Assembly (NCBI RefSeq): GCF_000281045.1
Contig: NW_008246096.1
Location: forward strand, 464,497-528,496
From: Saprolegnia diclina VS20
Lineage: Eukaryota
Direction of reading: 5' to 3'
DNA: 64,000 nt
Position 1 is the first letter of the stretch. Each line of letters starts with the position of its first letter. Of this stretch, positions 1 through 11,657 are shown in pieces. Under the pieces are notes generated by a model. It saw nothing but the letters and a program-made list of their open reading frames with translations. It was not told where the DNA came from and did no database searches. Made by a program: the position numbers and the translations under genes.

Positions 1-621
1 AGCGTCGCACGCATACTGCTGCCGAGAGACGTCGAGGCGCATTCGGTGTTCCCATACCGGCGTTTCAATGCTGGTGATGAGTCCAGCAGCCGGAGAAATC
101 GGATGCTCGCAGACACGGCGCATTACACCACGTCGCTTGTCCAAGCCGAAGTAGCTTTCGACACGAACCTCCTCCCTCCCGAATGCGTGTCTCTGCAAGA
201 CCCAACGGCCGTCAAAAGCCAGCAGCCCACGACGGGCTTCTCGAGTCGGGCTTGATCGTTTGCATAAGCATTGGTCGTTCGTTATACGCTCGTGTATTCG
301 CCACCCAAGCTGCGTCTCCCCGCTATGCGATGTGGTGCCGTCTGTGTCGCAAAGCGAGGGAAAAGCCCAGCGACGTTAATGGCATCTGAAAGTGCCTCGC
401 TCCTACAAGCTACTTCGAGTATGCAGTGCAGGTAAGCAAGCGACAACCACATACTTGAAGAACGACGACCATCTCGCACACGTCCAAGCAACGAGTCTTA
501 GAATGGGTTCATACGCAGAGGTAGAGAGTATTATTCATAGGGATCACATTTAGTTTAGACAATCAAGTTTCGTAAAGTACTACGGAAAGATACGCCTTTC
601 TTGCGATAGCAAGCTGCTTCT

Positions 622-2607
622 TTATAGGAGTGTGTGGTACCCTTCATCAATGTCGACGGTCTTGGCCTTCTTGGCGGCCGCAACCTTCTTGGCAACGACG
701 AGCGCAACCATGCCAAGGCCAAACGAGAGGAGAACGGCGGCCGCGGGCGAGAGCGAGCCGGCGCTAAAGATGCCGGCGGACGTGAGCAGCTGGCGCATGA
801 GCGACGCGCGGTCGATCGCGTACTCGTCGCCAAAGAGCGAATAGACGTTCGGGCGCTGGCAGAGCACAAAGCCGCAGAGGATCGAGGCGGCTTGGCCAAT
901 GACTTTGGAGAGCGACGAGGCGTAGTGCGACGAGACCGAGTAGCACGAGAGGACAGCTTCCATGCAGTCGCACTTGAGCGAGAAGATCTTGTAGAGGCAC
1001 GCGATCGTCTGGTACGACGACGAGTAGTCCGTGTGCTGCGTGCGGAGGTCGGCAATGTCGCAGTTGGCGTGGTCAAAGAGCTGGTACTCGAGGAACGACG
1101 CGTACTGATCGACGTTGCAGTACTCGAGGAGACCGTCCGTCGGGCAGTAGCGCACAGCCTTAATGGCGCCGTCGGTAATGGAGATACCAAGCTCCTCGCC
1201 GCCCTCGTCGCTGGCCAAAAAGAGGGGGACCGTGATGGGCGCAATGTCCTTGAAAAAGCCGTCGATCGTTGGTGTCGCCAGCCCGACGTTGTACGTGCAC
1301 GTCGAGGGCCCATCTACGCCAGCTTCTACATAGTCGGACGGCAAACCACCTGTCACCGTGTAGTAGAGCAAGTCACGGCCGCTCACAAAGTCGTAGCGGA
1401 TGCGCTTGGGCGTCTTGTTGTCTCCAGTACCCTCGTCAATTTCGTCGCACGGGCACGGGTCATAGCGTCGGCCTTGCTTCTTCGACACAGCGGTGGGCTT
1501 GATGAGTGGCGTCGTCAGCGTCTTGGTCTTGCCGTTGGCTTCGTACGTGGTCGCAACACAGACGTCGCCGCGGAAGGGTGTCGCGCGCGGGTTCGGGTGG
1601 GCGTCGTCGCAGCACGCGCCATCGGGAGCATCCGTGACGCACGACGGCGCCAGAATCAGATGCCCGAGGTTGCGTTGTAGCGCCTGCAAGTAAGTGGCCT
1701 TGGTCGTGTCGGCGCAGATGACTTTTTTGTCGAGCCATTCAAACTTGGTGCCAGAATCCGCCGACGTGCAAAAGCTAATGTAGTCGGCCGCCGACATCAT
1801 GTAAGGCGTGGTCTCGTCGTCCGGGTTGGCGACGGGTGGTGCGGGGTACCGAGGATTGTACGAGTTGCCTTGATCCGCGTCCGCCTTCTTGAGTTTTGTC
1901 GCAACAGGGATCATGATGCGCTCCCATGACGCAAAGTAGCTGTTGGGGAGGCAGCACGACTCGCCAATGTGGACGCGCTCGCCAATCACGTCGAGGTCGC
2001 CGAGGCCCGAGAGGTACACGCGCGCCTGGCGCAGCTGGTCGTTCCCGATCTCGATCACGCTCTCGAGCAGCGTCCGAAAGTCCTCGACGGTTTCGAGCGC
2101 TTGGCCGGCCGCGCACGCCGTGACGCACGACGTGTAGCCCGCGATCGTCGAGATGCAGTCGTTGATGCCCGTCGCGCTGTAGTCGCTCGGGAGCACGTCG
2201 CACTTGGTCGCGACGCAGTTTTGGTACCCCGTGAAGATCGAGTTGTAGTAGTTGGGGTCAATGATCGCGTACGCCGGCGGAAACGTGATCGCCTTGCGGC
2301 CGTAGCCGTAGCCGCCCTTGCCTTGCGGAGCGTAGTTGTCACCGCCGTAGCCACTCTTGCCTTTCGGGGCGTAGCCAGCGTTGTCATCACCATAGCCACC
2401 CTTGGCTTTCGGGGCGTAGCCAGAGTTGTCGCCACCATAGCCACCTTTGGCTTGGGGGTTGTAGCCACCGCCGTAGCCGCCTTGGCCTTGGGGAGCGTAC
2501 CCAGTGTTGCCTCCACCATAGCCGCCCTTGGCTTGGGGCGGGGGGTAGACGGCGTCCGTCGCAGCCACAGCGGTGACGGCGGCGGTACCAGCGAGAAGAC
2601 GAAACAT
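622..2607 (-). CDS. Secreted/type I membrane protein with N-terminal Gly/Tyr-rich repeats and Cys-rich ectodomain (661 aa, function unknown)
   Basis: Intronless ORF; likely start MFRLLAGTAAVTAVAA (signal-peptide-like) at 2607; six YAP(Q/K)xKGGYGG-like repeats; many Cys; C-terminal hydrophobic helix AAAVLLSFGLGMVALVVA then basic tail ending YHTLL. Confidence 0.8.
   Translation of the reverse strand: MFRLLAGTAAVTAVAATDAVYPPPQAKGGYGGGNTGYAPQGQGGYGGGYNPQAKGGYGGDNSGYAPKAKGGYGDDNAGYAPKGKSGYGGDNYAPQGKGGYGYGRKAITFPPAYAIIDPNYYNSIFTGYQNCVATKCDVLPSDYSATGINDCISTIAGYTSCVTACAAGQALETVEDFRTLLESVIEIGNDQLRQARVYLSGLGDLDVIGERVHIGESCCLPNSYFASWERIMIPVATKLKKADADQGNSYNPRYPAPPVANPDDETTPYMMSAADYISFCTSADSGTKFEWLDKKVICADTTKATYLQALQRNLGHLILAPSCVTDAPDGACCDDAHPNPRATPFRGDVCVATTYEANGKTKTLTTPLIKPTAVSKKQGRRYDPCPCDEIDEGTGDNKTPKRIRYDFVSGRDLLYYTVTGGLPSDYVEAGVDGPSTCTYNVGLATPTIDGFFKDIAPITVPLFLASDEGGEELGISITDGAIKAVRYCPTDGLLEYCNVDQYASFLEYQLFDHANCDIADLRTQHTDYSSSYQTIACLYKIFSLKCDCMEAVLSCYSVSSHYASSLSKVIGQAASILCGFVLCQRPNVYSLFGDEYAIDRASLMRQLLTSAGIFSAGSLSPAAAVLLSFGLGMVALVVAKKVAAAKKAKTVDIDEGYHTLL
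2293..2547 (-). repeat. Coding tandem repeat, about 6 imperfect YAPxxKGGYGG(D/G)N units
   Basis: Read directly in the translation: YPPPQAKGGYGG, YAPQGQGGYGG, YNPQAKGGYGG, YAPKAKGGYGD, YAPKGKSGYGG, YAPQGKGGYGY. Confidence 0.9.
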
Positions 2608-4305
2608 GCCCAGTTGGATTGCGAGTGAAGTTGGGGCAGCGACGAGCGTTCTACTGCAAAGCTCGCACTTCGCAGATCGAATCGAAAAGTAAGCTTGTCC
2701 CTCCACGCAAGATCGAGCCACCCAAAGGGCGCCGAAACCACCGGGATCGCTCCACTGAGCGCTCATTGGCTCCGAATATTTGGCTACGTTGTGATTGGTC
2801 GCCAACATTTCCAAAAAGTCGCGCTCCAATTGGCGCCCAACAATTGATGCCCCTTCAACAGCCAATCACTGACGAGGAGCGTGTAGGCAAAACGGCGCGA
2901 TCTCTGGACCTCCTCCATGGAGACGACGTTTGGAGTCGGAGGATACTAGTGTTCGCCGAGATACCAGGGGAGCCAGTGCAGCGGCCAAGTGGCGTGCAAT
3001 AGTCTACGGTCTCACTCTCAGCAGATAGCGAGCGTGACCCAGTTGGGAGTCGCAAGGAGAGGTTGCGCCGCACAAAGTTGTTGACATCTTGCGTAATTGG
3101 GCGAGTTATGGAGCGCACAAAAGATATTGGGTACAAGCGACTCCACGCGACGCTGCCAAATACGAGAGCGATACAGTTTTCTGAGGTTGAGTGCTGCGTA
3201 GTACTAGTACTTGGTACGAGTACAGCAGTGACTTAAAGCTCCAATGATCGTCTTTTGCATGCTCTTGTCTCTCTTGGCCAATGCAGTGTGGCACAACGCC
3301 TGAGATTACCAGGCTCTAGCTTATTGTAGCGCACTTACCAACGACGCTACTAGTACTAGTTGTTGTCTTGAGGTCAAGAGTTTGCTCAACGCATTTGCTC
3401 GCACCGAGAAACTCGAAAGCACGCAACGCGCATGTAGTGGTAGACTTGTCCGCATGAACATCAAGTCAGCCAAAGACTGCATACACATACTTCCTACCGC
3501 AATGCCTGAATGCATACGAGTTGACACCAGCACGTCAGGTCTTTGGCTGCGTACGGAGATCCGTACCACTTGCCGAGCGATGCACGAGGTTGTAGACAGG
3601 CTTTGGTACTCGTGCTGTGGAATGCCGAGGGTTCGGTGACGCTTCCACGGCGTCGGGGGACGCGTTTGTACATCGCACTACTGCAGTAACACTACCGTAC
3701 ATCCATGTTAGTGCTTAACTGCACACGAGGGAATTCATGCACTCGTGAGCAATAGTACGACACTACTAGTACTCGTTGCGGACTTCTATGATGAGGCTTT
3801 GATCTCAAACGACCGTCGTCGTGTACCCGCGCAAGCCAAAACGACTCCAACCCGTCTGCCCTCGAGCCATCAATGTCGCCAAGCCAGCAATATTACCTTC
3901 ATAGTAGCTGCAGGAATGCAGTGGCGGAGGTACTGTTAGTACAGGTTCTATGAGTCCCAAGGGCCCAACGAGGAACGCTGTGTCTCCGGTTTGCGCGCCA
4001 AAACCAGCACATTGCACCGATGCCCGTGGCCAATGGCCAGGCATCCAGCGTAATACAATAGAAAACACGATTTTATCTGAATGTTTGTATGCACTCTCCA
4101 ACCAATCGATGCTATCGCAGTCCCAGCATGGGATTGGTCAATAATATGCTTGTGTCGCATATACTAGCCAATGAACACGCGACCTGCCCCATGCGTCGAT
4201 GCCATTGGGTATAATGCATATCTGCTGCAAGCCAGTCAATCGCCCATCGGCCGCGCGATCCCACCGCTGCTCTCATTTTGGTTTCTGCACCCGTCCCGAA
4301 AGAAC

Positions 4306-4872
4306 ATGCGTCAACTGCTTAGCACCCGTAACGTCAACATCCCGGAAGACGTCAAGTTCTCGCTCGAGGGCCGCAAGGTCACCGTGACGGGCAAGCGCGG
4401 CACGGTCTCGCGCGACTTCTCGCACGTCACGCTCGACATGCGCCGCATCAACAAGACGACGCTCCGTGTCGACTTGTGGTTCGGCAACCGCAAGCAGCTC
4501 GCTTGCGTGCGCACGGTCTGCTCGCACATCGAGAACATGATCACGGGTGTCACCGTCGGCTTCAAGTACAAGATGCGCTTCGTGTATGCCCATTTCCCCA
4601 TCAACGTCACGTTCGAGAACAACACGGTCGAGATCCGCAACTTTTTGGGTGAGAAGCGCGTCCGCAAGGTCACCTTGTCGGAGGGCGTCACCTACGTCCG
4701 CTCGGCGGATGTCAAGGACCAGATCGAGCTTTCGGGCATCGACCTCGCCAAGGTCTCGCAGGACTGCGCCAACATCACGCAGTCGTGCCTCGTCAAGAAC
4801 AAGGATATCCGTAAGTTCCTCGATGGTATCTACGTCTCGGAGAAGAGCAACATCGAAGAAGTCGAGGCTTAA
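4306..4872 (+). CDS. RPL9: 60S ribosomal protein L9 (uL6)
   Basis: MRQLLS...[12 protein letters not shown]...[13 protein letters not shown]...EIRNFLGEK...[15 protein letters not shown] are hallmark L9 motifs; ATG at 4306. Confidence 0.97.
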   Translation: MRQLLSTRNVNIPEDVKFSLEGRKVTVTGKRGTVSRDFSHVTLDMRRINKTTLRVDLWFGNRKQLACVRTVCSHIENMITGVTVGFKYKMRFVYAHFPINVTFENNTVEIRNFLGEKRVRKVTLSEGVTYVRSADVKDQIELSGIDLAKVSQDCANITQSCLVKNKDIRKFLDGIYVSEKSNIEEVEA

Positions 4873-5391
4873 ATGCCGCACTGACGCAGTGTCAAGCAAC
4901 GTCGTACTCTCTAACGTGGCGCGCACGAGCTTAAATACACTTTCGGGTCTACCTCCGTCACCGGGTTGATGGTCATTTGGGAAGACTTGCTCTTCTCATT
5001 GGCGTCTTCTGTCCGGGCGGGATTTATAGTGTTGCGATGTGCCGAGTCCTCTTGTACGGACTCGGTATGTTTCTGCAGTGTGAATTCCGTCTTCTAGCAT
5101 CGCAGCTCATAGACCAATAGCAGCAACGCGTGCACCAAATGAAGTCGACCTCGGCGAGGTACCTCTGCGGTGCATGCCAGACAACGCTGCAAGCTCTGGA
5201 TTTGCTGGATGACTGCGTAAGCGACCCAACATGAACGCTGACTCATTCACGAGCTCTAATACATTGCTGCGGTGATTACCGTTGATACTGGATGCCTCAA
5301 GGTTCCCTCTTGATCACCAGCTCGCTCTGTACACAAAGCCCGATGCAGGCGCGAGAAGAGTCACGGTATCGAGAGCTGGATTAAACGACGC

Positions 5392-6123
5392 TTACGGTGC
5401 CGTCTTGGCGGCTTCTCGCAGCTCCGCCAGGCGCGCTTCAATGCGGGCTTGGACTTCGTCCTCCGAGATGCGCACAAATGACGGGATGAGGTCCGGGAGG
5501 TCAAACTTGTGTCGATCGGCCACCGGTGTGTACGCCGTCTCGACGCGGCCGTTGAGGAGGATCGTCTCGTGGGCGTCAATGCCGTGCTTGGCCTGGTAGC
5601 GCTCGATGGACTTGGCGAGCCGCCACTCTTGAAACTTCTTGTCGGCAAAGTACGCCCCAAGCCCGACGACGGAGCCCGCAATGCTACCTTGGACCGCGCG
5701 CATGGGCGTGCCGAGTCCTAAGACAGCGTGCGTGAGACGCGATGCAGGTGATGATAACCATGGAGAGACCTGCGAGACCGAGGAGCGCACCGCCCGTGAT
5801 CGTGCCCGGCAGCACGTACGTCGAGATGTTGTCCGTGGACCCACCGTTGTTGCGCTTTAGAATCTCAAAAACCGTCATGTACGACGCCGATGCGAGCGCC
5901 AAGTTGGCGCCAACCGAGGCCGCGTAGAAGCCAAGCGGCTGCGACCGGACCGTCGCGAGACAGACGCCCCAGGTTGCGCCGACGCTGCCTACGTCCGTGC
6001 ACCATCATCGCATTGGTCGCTCGTGACACTTGGTGAGATGATCGACGTACCGCCGATCGCGCCGGCGAGCAGCATGTTCTGCGTCGACTGCTTGACCTCT
6101 TCGAGCGGGCTCGTCTTGCTCAT
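5392..6123 (-). CDS. Tim17/Tim22/Tim23/Pmp24-like small multi-pass membrane protein (3 exons)
   Basis: Spliced model MSKTSPLEEVK...AGAIGGSVGATWGV...LPGTITGGALLGLAG...GSIAGSVVGLGAYF; Gly-rich hydrophobic helices; GT-AG introns at 5989-6050 and about 5719-5769 restore frame. Confidence 0.6.
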
Positions 6124-6932
6124 CGCGCTTCTCCTATCGCGCGGTGCCAGCCGTATGAGATGTATACTATTTCTAGCTATTTTAAATAGTGTCATCCACC
6201 TTGCTAAATTCGGCATCAAAATATTTCTTCCCATCAAGGATGGGATGTCCGCACCGATCCAGAAATCAAAAATCAATTGAGTGTCTGCCTCTATGTTGTT
6301 GGTCGTGCGTCATAACTCTCACATCGACGATGCGGTCGTCGCCCCGTGACGGTGGCACGCGTCGTGACCTTCCGCCCTGAGAACGATATGGGATTGGACT
6401 AAGATCTTGGGTTCTGCACCTGGCGCAGAGCAACGCAGGTGCTTTCAGCATGTACGTGCAAGCATGTGGAGTGCACGTCGTGTGGACCAGTCTTCGCCCT
6501 TTGCTTTTCTCTGGGGCTGCATATCATTTCACGCTAGCCGTGTCTTTGGCACGGACGTTTACCTCGACAGGAGCGACGTGAGGAAGCAAAGGAGGGCGCT
6601 GGGCATGATCCGCGCCTCTTGCCGCCCGTGGCTACCTGCACGACCACGTTCTCTGTCCATGGTCGCAGTAGCTGGGATATTTCTTTTTGCAGATTCATTG
6701 CTCGATTGGCGCCTTGCGATTGGCTCACACTGGCATGCATCGCGATCGTCATGGCCGTGGGATGCCGAAAGTAAACTGCAACCTACACTATTACCTAGGT
6801 GGTGGCGTAAAAATGCCTAAAATAAGCGAAATAGTGTGTTTTTCCGCGTTCGGAACAAAAACATTGCGGTTGTGGCGTTGCCAGAGCCAAAATTCGCACA
6901 CTCCGTCCTCGTCTTACTCCAGCATTACCTCG

Positions 6933-7871
6933 ATGAACGACAACCAGTATGTGTACCTCGAGACGCCCAAGACCGGACCCGAGGTCGACGACGAGGCCCA
7001 GACGCTGCTCGAGATGGCTGCAATCAATGGCGCACTCCTCGCCCAAAAGTACTTTGAGCTCGAAGGCGACCTCGACGAGCTCCACGAAAAGCACACACAG
7101 TCGATGGCCCTTGTCGCGAACTACGATATGCTCGTTCGCGACCTCCGTGACGAAAAACAAGCCCTTATTCTGCGCTGCCAAGCATTCGAGGCTCAAGTCG
7201 ACGGCCTCGTCGCGGCCAAGCGAGACGTCGATGGCCGCCACGGCAGGCTCCAAGCCACATGCCACAGCCTCCAGAATTCAGTGCAACAGCTTGCTGCTGA
7301 GCGTGCGGATGCTCTGGATGCCCTTTGCCACGCTCAGGACGAAGCCGCTGCGCTCGATGCGGTGCGACGCCGTCTAAAGGCCTCGGTCGAAACGCTCCAG
7401 CACGAGCGACGCGCCCTGCAGAGCTACGTGGCCGAGAAGGACGCGCAGATTGCGCACTTGCTGCAGCAAGAGAGGGTCTGGCGCATGACGTCGGACGTCC
7501 AGCACCAGAAGATCCAGCGGCTCGAGCGCACCGTGAACGACCTTGGCGCCCATGCATCGGAGCTGGCCTCGGCGCTGCAAGCGGCGCACGACCAAGTCGC
7601 CTCGCTGCGCACCGACGTGCAAGCCAAGGAGCAGGAGCTACGGGATGTAAAAGCGACAAAGGCAGCATTGCCGATCGAAATCATATCCGTGCCAGCGCCT
7701 GCCGCACCGACAACGTCGGCCACGGGCATGCTCATGCTGCTCATGTGGCTCAGCTACCGGCGGGTCCTGTCTCGGCAACCGCGCTGGATGAGCGTGCTCT
7801 CGGCGACCGTCGCCAAGCCGCAGGTGTGGGCCCCCATGGTTCACCAAGCATGGGTCCACCGAGCGTTTTGA
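6933..7871 (+). CDS. Coiled-coil protein of unknown function
   Basis: ATG 6933 (MNDNQYVY); heptad-rich L/A/Q/E sequence; hydrophobic C-terminal segment. Confidence 0.7.
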   Translation: MNDNQYVYLETPKTGPEVDDEAQTLLEMAAINGALLAQKYFELEGDLDELHEKHTQSMALVANYDMLVRDLRDEKQALILRCQAFEAQVDGLVAAKRDVDGRHGRLQATCHSLQNSVQQLAAERADALDALCHAQDEAAALDAVRRRLKASVETLQHERRALQSYVAEKDAQIAHLLQQERVWRMTSDVQHQKIQRLERTVNDLGAHASELASALQAAHDQVASLRTDVQAKEQELRDVKATKAALPIEIISVPAPAAPTTSATGMLMLLMWLSYRRVLSRQPRWMSVLSATVAKPQVWAPMVHQAWVHRAF

Positions 7872-7951
7872 CTCGCTTATTTATCCCCTTTTGACCCCTT
7901 TATTTAAGACACTTGGACTTTACTTGGTGATTCTCAAGTCGTTGCCGTGCA

Positions 7952-10900
7952 TTACGCCCAGCACGGCTGCTTGTGGCTAAGGACGTAAAGGAGGTCGTTG
8001 CCAGTCATGATCTCGTGCGGAAGCGGGTTGAGGTACACGAACCCAAACGGCACGGCGCGGTCCATTTCGCTCCGCTCAATCCGGGCTTTCGACTTGATGG
8101 GCGACGTGGGCGGGGACGCCATGGCGCCGACGGTCGGGATCATGTCGAGCGGGAGGCACCGGTAGACACCGAGCGTCAGAATCGCGTCCGACGTCAGCAG
8201 GTACTCGAAGCAGTAGGCAAAGCTCTTCCCGACAAAGTCGAGTGGGAGCTCGCACGTAAAGAGCGACGAGCGCTGCAAGCCCGTCGACGCCAAGTTGCGC
8301 TCAAAAGCCGAAAATTTGCTTTTTCCCGGAAACAACTTGCTCTAGCCATCCATAAATCGAATGAATAAGGCACGGGACAAGGGTTCGAAGCGTATACCCC
8401 ACGGAGCGGCGAGAAGACGAGTTCGCGCACAATGTCTTGGATCATCGGGTTGAAAAAGTGGTTGACGATCAAATTGTCGCAGAGCTCGGTCGAGTACGTC
8501 AAGCCCGACGCAAACGACGGCGAGCACAGGAACTTCACCGTGTCCCTATATCCATACGCCATTGTGCTACTCGTCTTTTGAGCTCAAATTCGATGTACGT
8601 GAGCGTGGCCGTGTGTTTTTGCTGGTCAAACCACCCCGACTGCTTGAGGTTGTGCGAAATGAAGTTGACGTTAGACCTATAAACGTCACGTTTAGCATGA
8701 ATCGAAAGAGAGGGTTTGGACCGGTTCACGAGCTTTGTGACGACCATGGGCGCTTTGCGCGGACCCAGCATCGATGTGATGCTCTTATGCACCGCAATGG
8801 ATGTCTACTTGTGTATAGAGACGCTAGTGGACATTGGCGGAGCGTACCGCATCGGCCAAGAGCTGGTTCGAAGCGGTGCCAAAGTCCTCCTCACTGCAGA
8901 GAATGACGACCTTGAACGCCATCTCAATGCCCGCGCGCTTGAGAACACCGAGGCGCGTCGGTTCTCCGACGACCACAAACACGTCCACAAAGCCTTTGAG
9001 GGGCGCAAATGTCTCGTCGGTCGGCGGTGCCGGCGACAGCAACACGATCGGATGGTGGTCCCTACAAGACGACACGATATTACCGATACATTGATACATT
9101 GATACAACACGTACTTGACGGTCGGCGCGCGCAAAGGCGCAATGAAAAATTCGAGGTTTTCGGGAAACACAGACGCGAGCGAGACGACAACGACGGGCTT
9201 GAGCGTAAACTTGAGTTTGTTGACGTCGTCCACGATGAACTCTTCGACCTTCTTGTGCTTGCGCTCGCTCGACTCTGCGAGTTTGGACGCTGCCCACATG
9301 ATGGTGCGGGCCGTGCGCTTCTTCTTTGGGCCTGCGTTGTGTCGCTTGGGCAGCGATGGCGTGAAGAGGAGCTTCGCTTTCTCTTTGGTCATGCCCGCGA
9401 CGGCCGTCGTCGGCGACAGCACGAGCTTCTCGGCCGCGGCCTGCGTCTGCAGCGACGTCTTGGGCCCGCCGAGGTCGCTCGCACTCGACGACCCGTTGTA
9501 GCTGTCCTTTTGCATGCGGCTCACGCGCTCGGCTTGCTTGCGGTCCCGTGCGATCACATACCTATGTGATCCAAAATGTATCGTAAAATGGCGGGAAAGA
9601 GCTATGGAGTACGCTGTCTCGCCGCCGACGCACGTGTACGTGTTGCCAGGGTTGAGAATGATGCACGAGTTGCTGTCGTTCTCGTCGTTGGGGTTGTACT
9701 CGGGCGACGTGACGAGCACGGCAAGGAGAATCGCACTCTGGCACTGTGCGTGGACGAGGACCGCAACCTCGGCAAATGAGAGACCGTAAATGACCTACTC
9801 CAAGCCGTACATCAGAACGACATATCCTTTGTCGAAGGCACAGACGCTCGCAGGTGGCAACGTGACCGAGTACAGCTCGTGGCTCGCGCCGTGAAGGAAG
9901 CGCGACTCCCACGTGTGGTCGACCTTGACGTCGCTACATGTCGCATAAGAACACCATGTTGGCGTCAAATACGAGGACGGACCTGAGCGCCGCGGTGAGG
10001 TTGAACATGAGCGTTGAAAAGCCCGGGCAAAAGCAGTTTTGTGCCAAGAGGGCGTGCATGACCTCGCTGAGACAGAGCACGTTGTCGATGCCGGACGCTT
10101 CAAGGAGGTGGCGGTTGGCCGACAAGTGAATTTGCGTGTAAATACTCGCACTTGGCGAGATCTGCTGCACTTCGATGGCCCGCATGATGGTGCGGTGGTC
10201 CGAGCTGTTGAGGTCTTCGTGGCCCGTCTTGCGCGTAAGCACAAAGATCGCGGCCGCCGAGTCGCACGCCGCGCGCATTGCTGCGTCCGAGTCCAAGACC
10301 GAGCCTTGGATGTACACGGCCCGCTTGGCAAAGAACGGGTCCATGAGCAGCGCCACCTAATGACATGTAAGCAATCATGTGATCTTGGAGAAGACAAGCC
10401 GACCATGGACGACGGCGGCGGCTCGTCACACATAGCGACGACGCGGATGTCGACGAGGTCGTGGTCGTCGTGGAAGATCTCCCAGAAGCACTGCTCGATG
10501 CGCTGGGGCGTGAGGTCGCCGCAGATGACAATGTGCTTGGAGCGCTTCGACGGCCGGTAGCTGTCGTGCTCGTACGACGAGTAGAGCGAGTTGATATCAA
10601 AGAGCTTCGAGAGCTCGTACGGGATGATGATCAAGAGGAAGACGAGGAGCGTGCCGACAATGAGCTTCGAGATCGGGTTCTCGGCCGGCGGGTAGTCGAC
10701 GTACACGAACGTCAAAATCGACTTGAAGAGCGAGTTGAAGAACGTCCAGTCGCCGTCGTCGGTCGCGTCCGTGTCCGAGTCGATCGACGTCTCGGTGATC
10801 TAGCGAACGTTGACGTTATGGCACTCGGTTTGGACAAAGTGTCGTCTCTAACCTGGATGACGCCGGCCGCGACAAAGATGACGGAGAGGAATTTGAAGTA

Positions 10901-11657
10901 CGCGACGAGGCCAAAGAGCATGACGGGCGACATGTAGGCGCGGCAGCGGTTGAGCACCGCGCGAATCTACAGACAACTTGGCATTTCGATGACGATGCAA
11001 AATGAAGATGACCTCCATGGAGCACTTGAGGAAGCGGATCGGGTACACGAGCCGGTAGTAGCCCGTGCCATGCCAGAACGTACTGTTTGCACATGATATG
11101 CACGAGCAATATACACATAACGTACTGGGTCGCTACGAACATGGCCCCGGGGAAGACGGGCAGAATCACAACGAGGTTGATGAGCGTGTTCCAGCGAAAG
11201 ATGTGCTTCCACACCTCGGCGAGGAGGATGCCACGGAAGAGAAAGTCGGTGAGGAAGAAGAGCGCGCACCCGAGCTCAATGTTCCGGAGCACGGGCGGTA
11301 GCTAAGGGACAAGCTTACATGCATATGTCGACAGGTATGCGTACTCCAGGCTCGGCGCTGTACGAGTGGATGACGTAAGTAGTGGCAAACGTGATCGACA
11401 CGATCGACTGCAGCACGTCCAAGATGAGCCCCGCCGGGCCATTGTCCAAGAAGCTAAGACGAAGATGCTCGGGAGGTGTCCATGGCGATGAGGCCATTCG
11501 TACCGATTGATGCGAATGCGCGTGTGCTCGTCTTTGACCATGTACCGCGTTTTGCGCTCAAACTTGCTCACGAGCGGCGCCAGCTCTACGACCGACGACC
11601 ATGAGCAGCAGCCTCACGTCGCCGCCTACGCGTGTGCTGCTCGGGCTCGACCGCCAT
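7952..11657 (-). CDS. BK/Slo-family (Ca2+-activated K+ channel-like) protein, multi-exon
   Basis: TM exons followed by RCK motifs KHIVICGD, YIQGSVL, DHRTIMRA, LAQNCFCPGFSTLMFNL, PSFASG, ILTLGVYR, FVYLNP...DLLYVL; start MAVEPEQ inferred from splicing. Confidence 0.85.

Noticed and set aside
1..255. Open frame running from the window edge to TGA at 255
   Set aside because: It may be the 3' end of an upstream gene, but there is no recognisable motif or clear codon signal.
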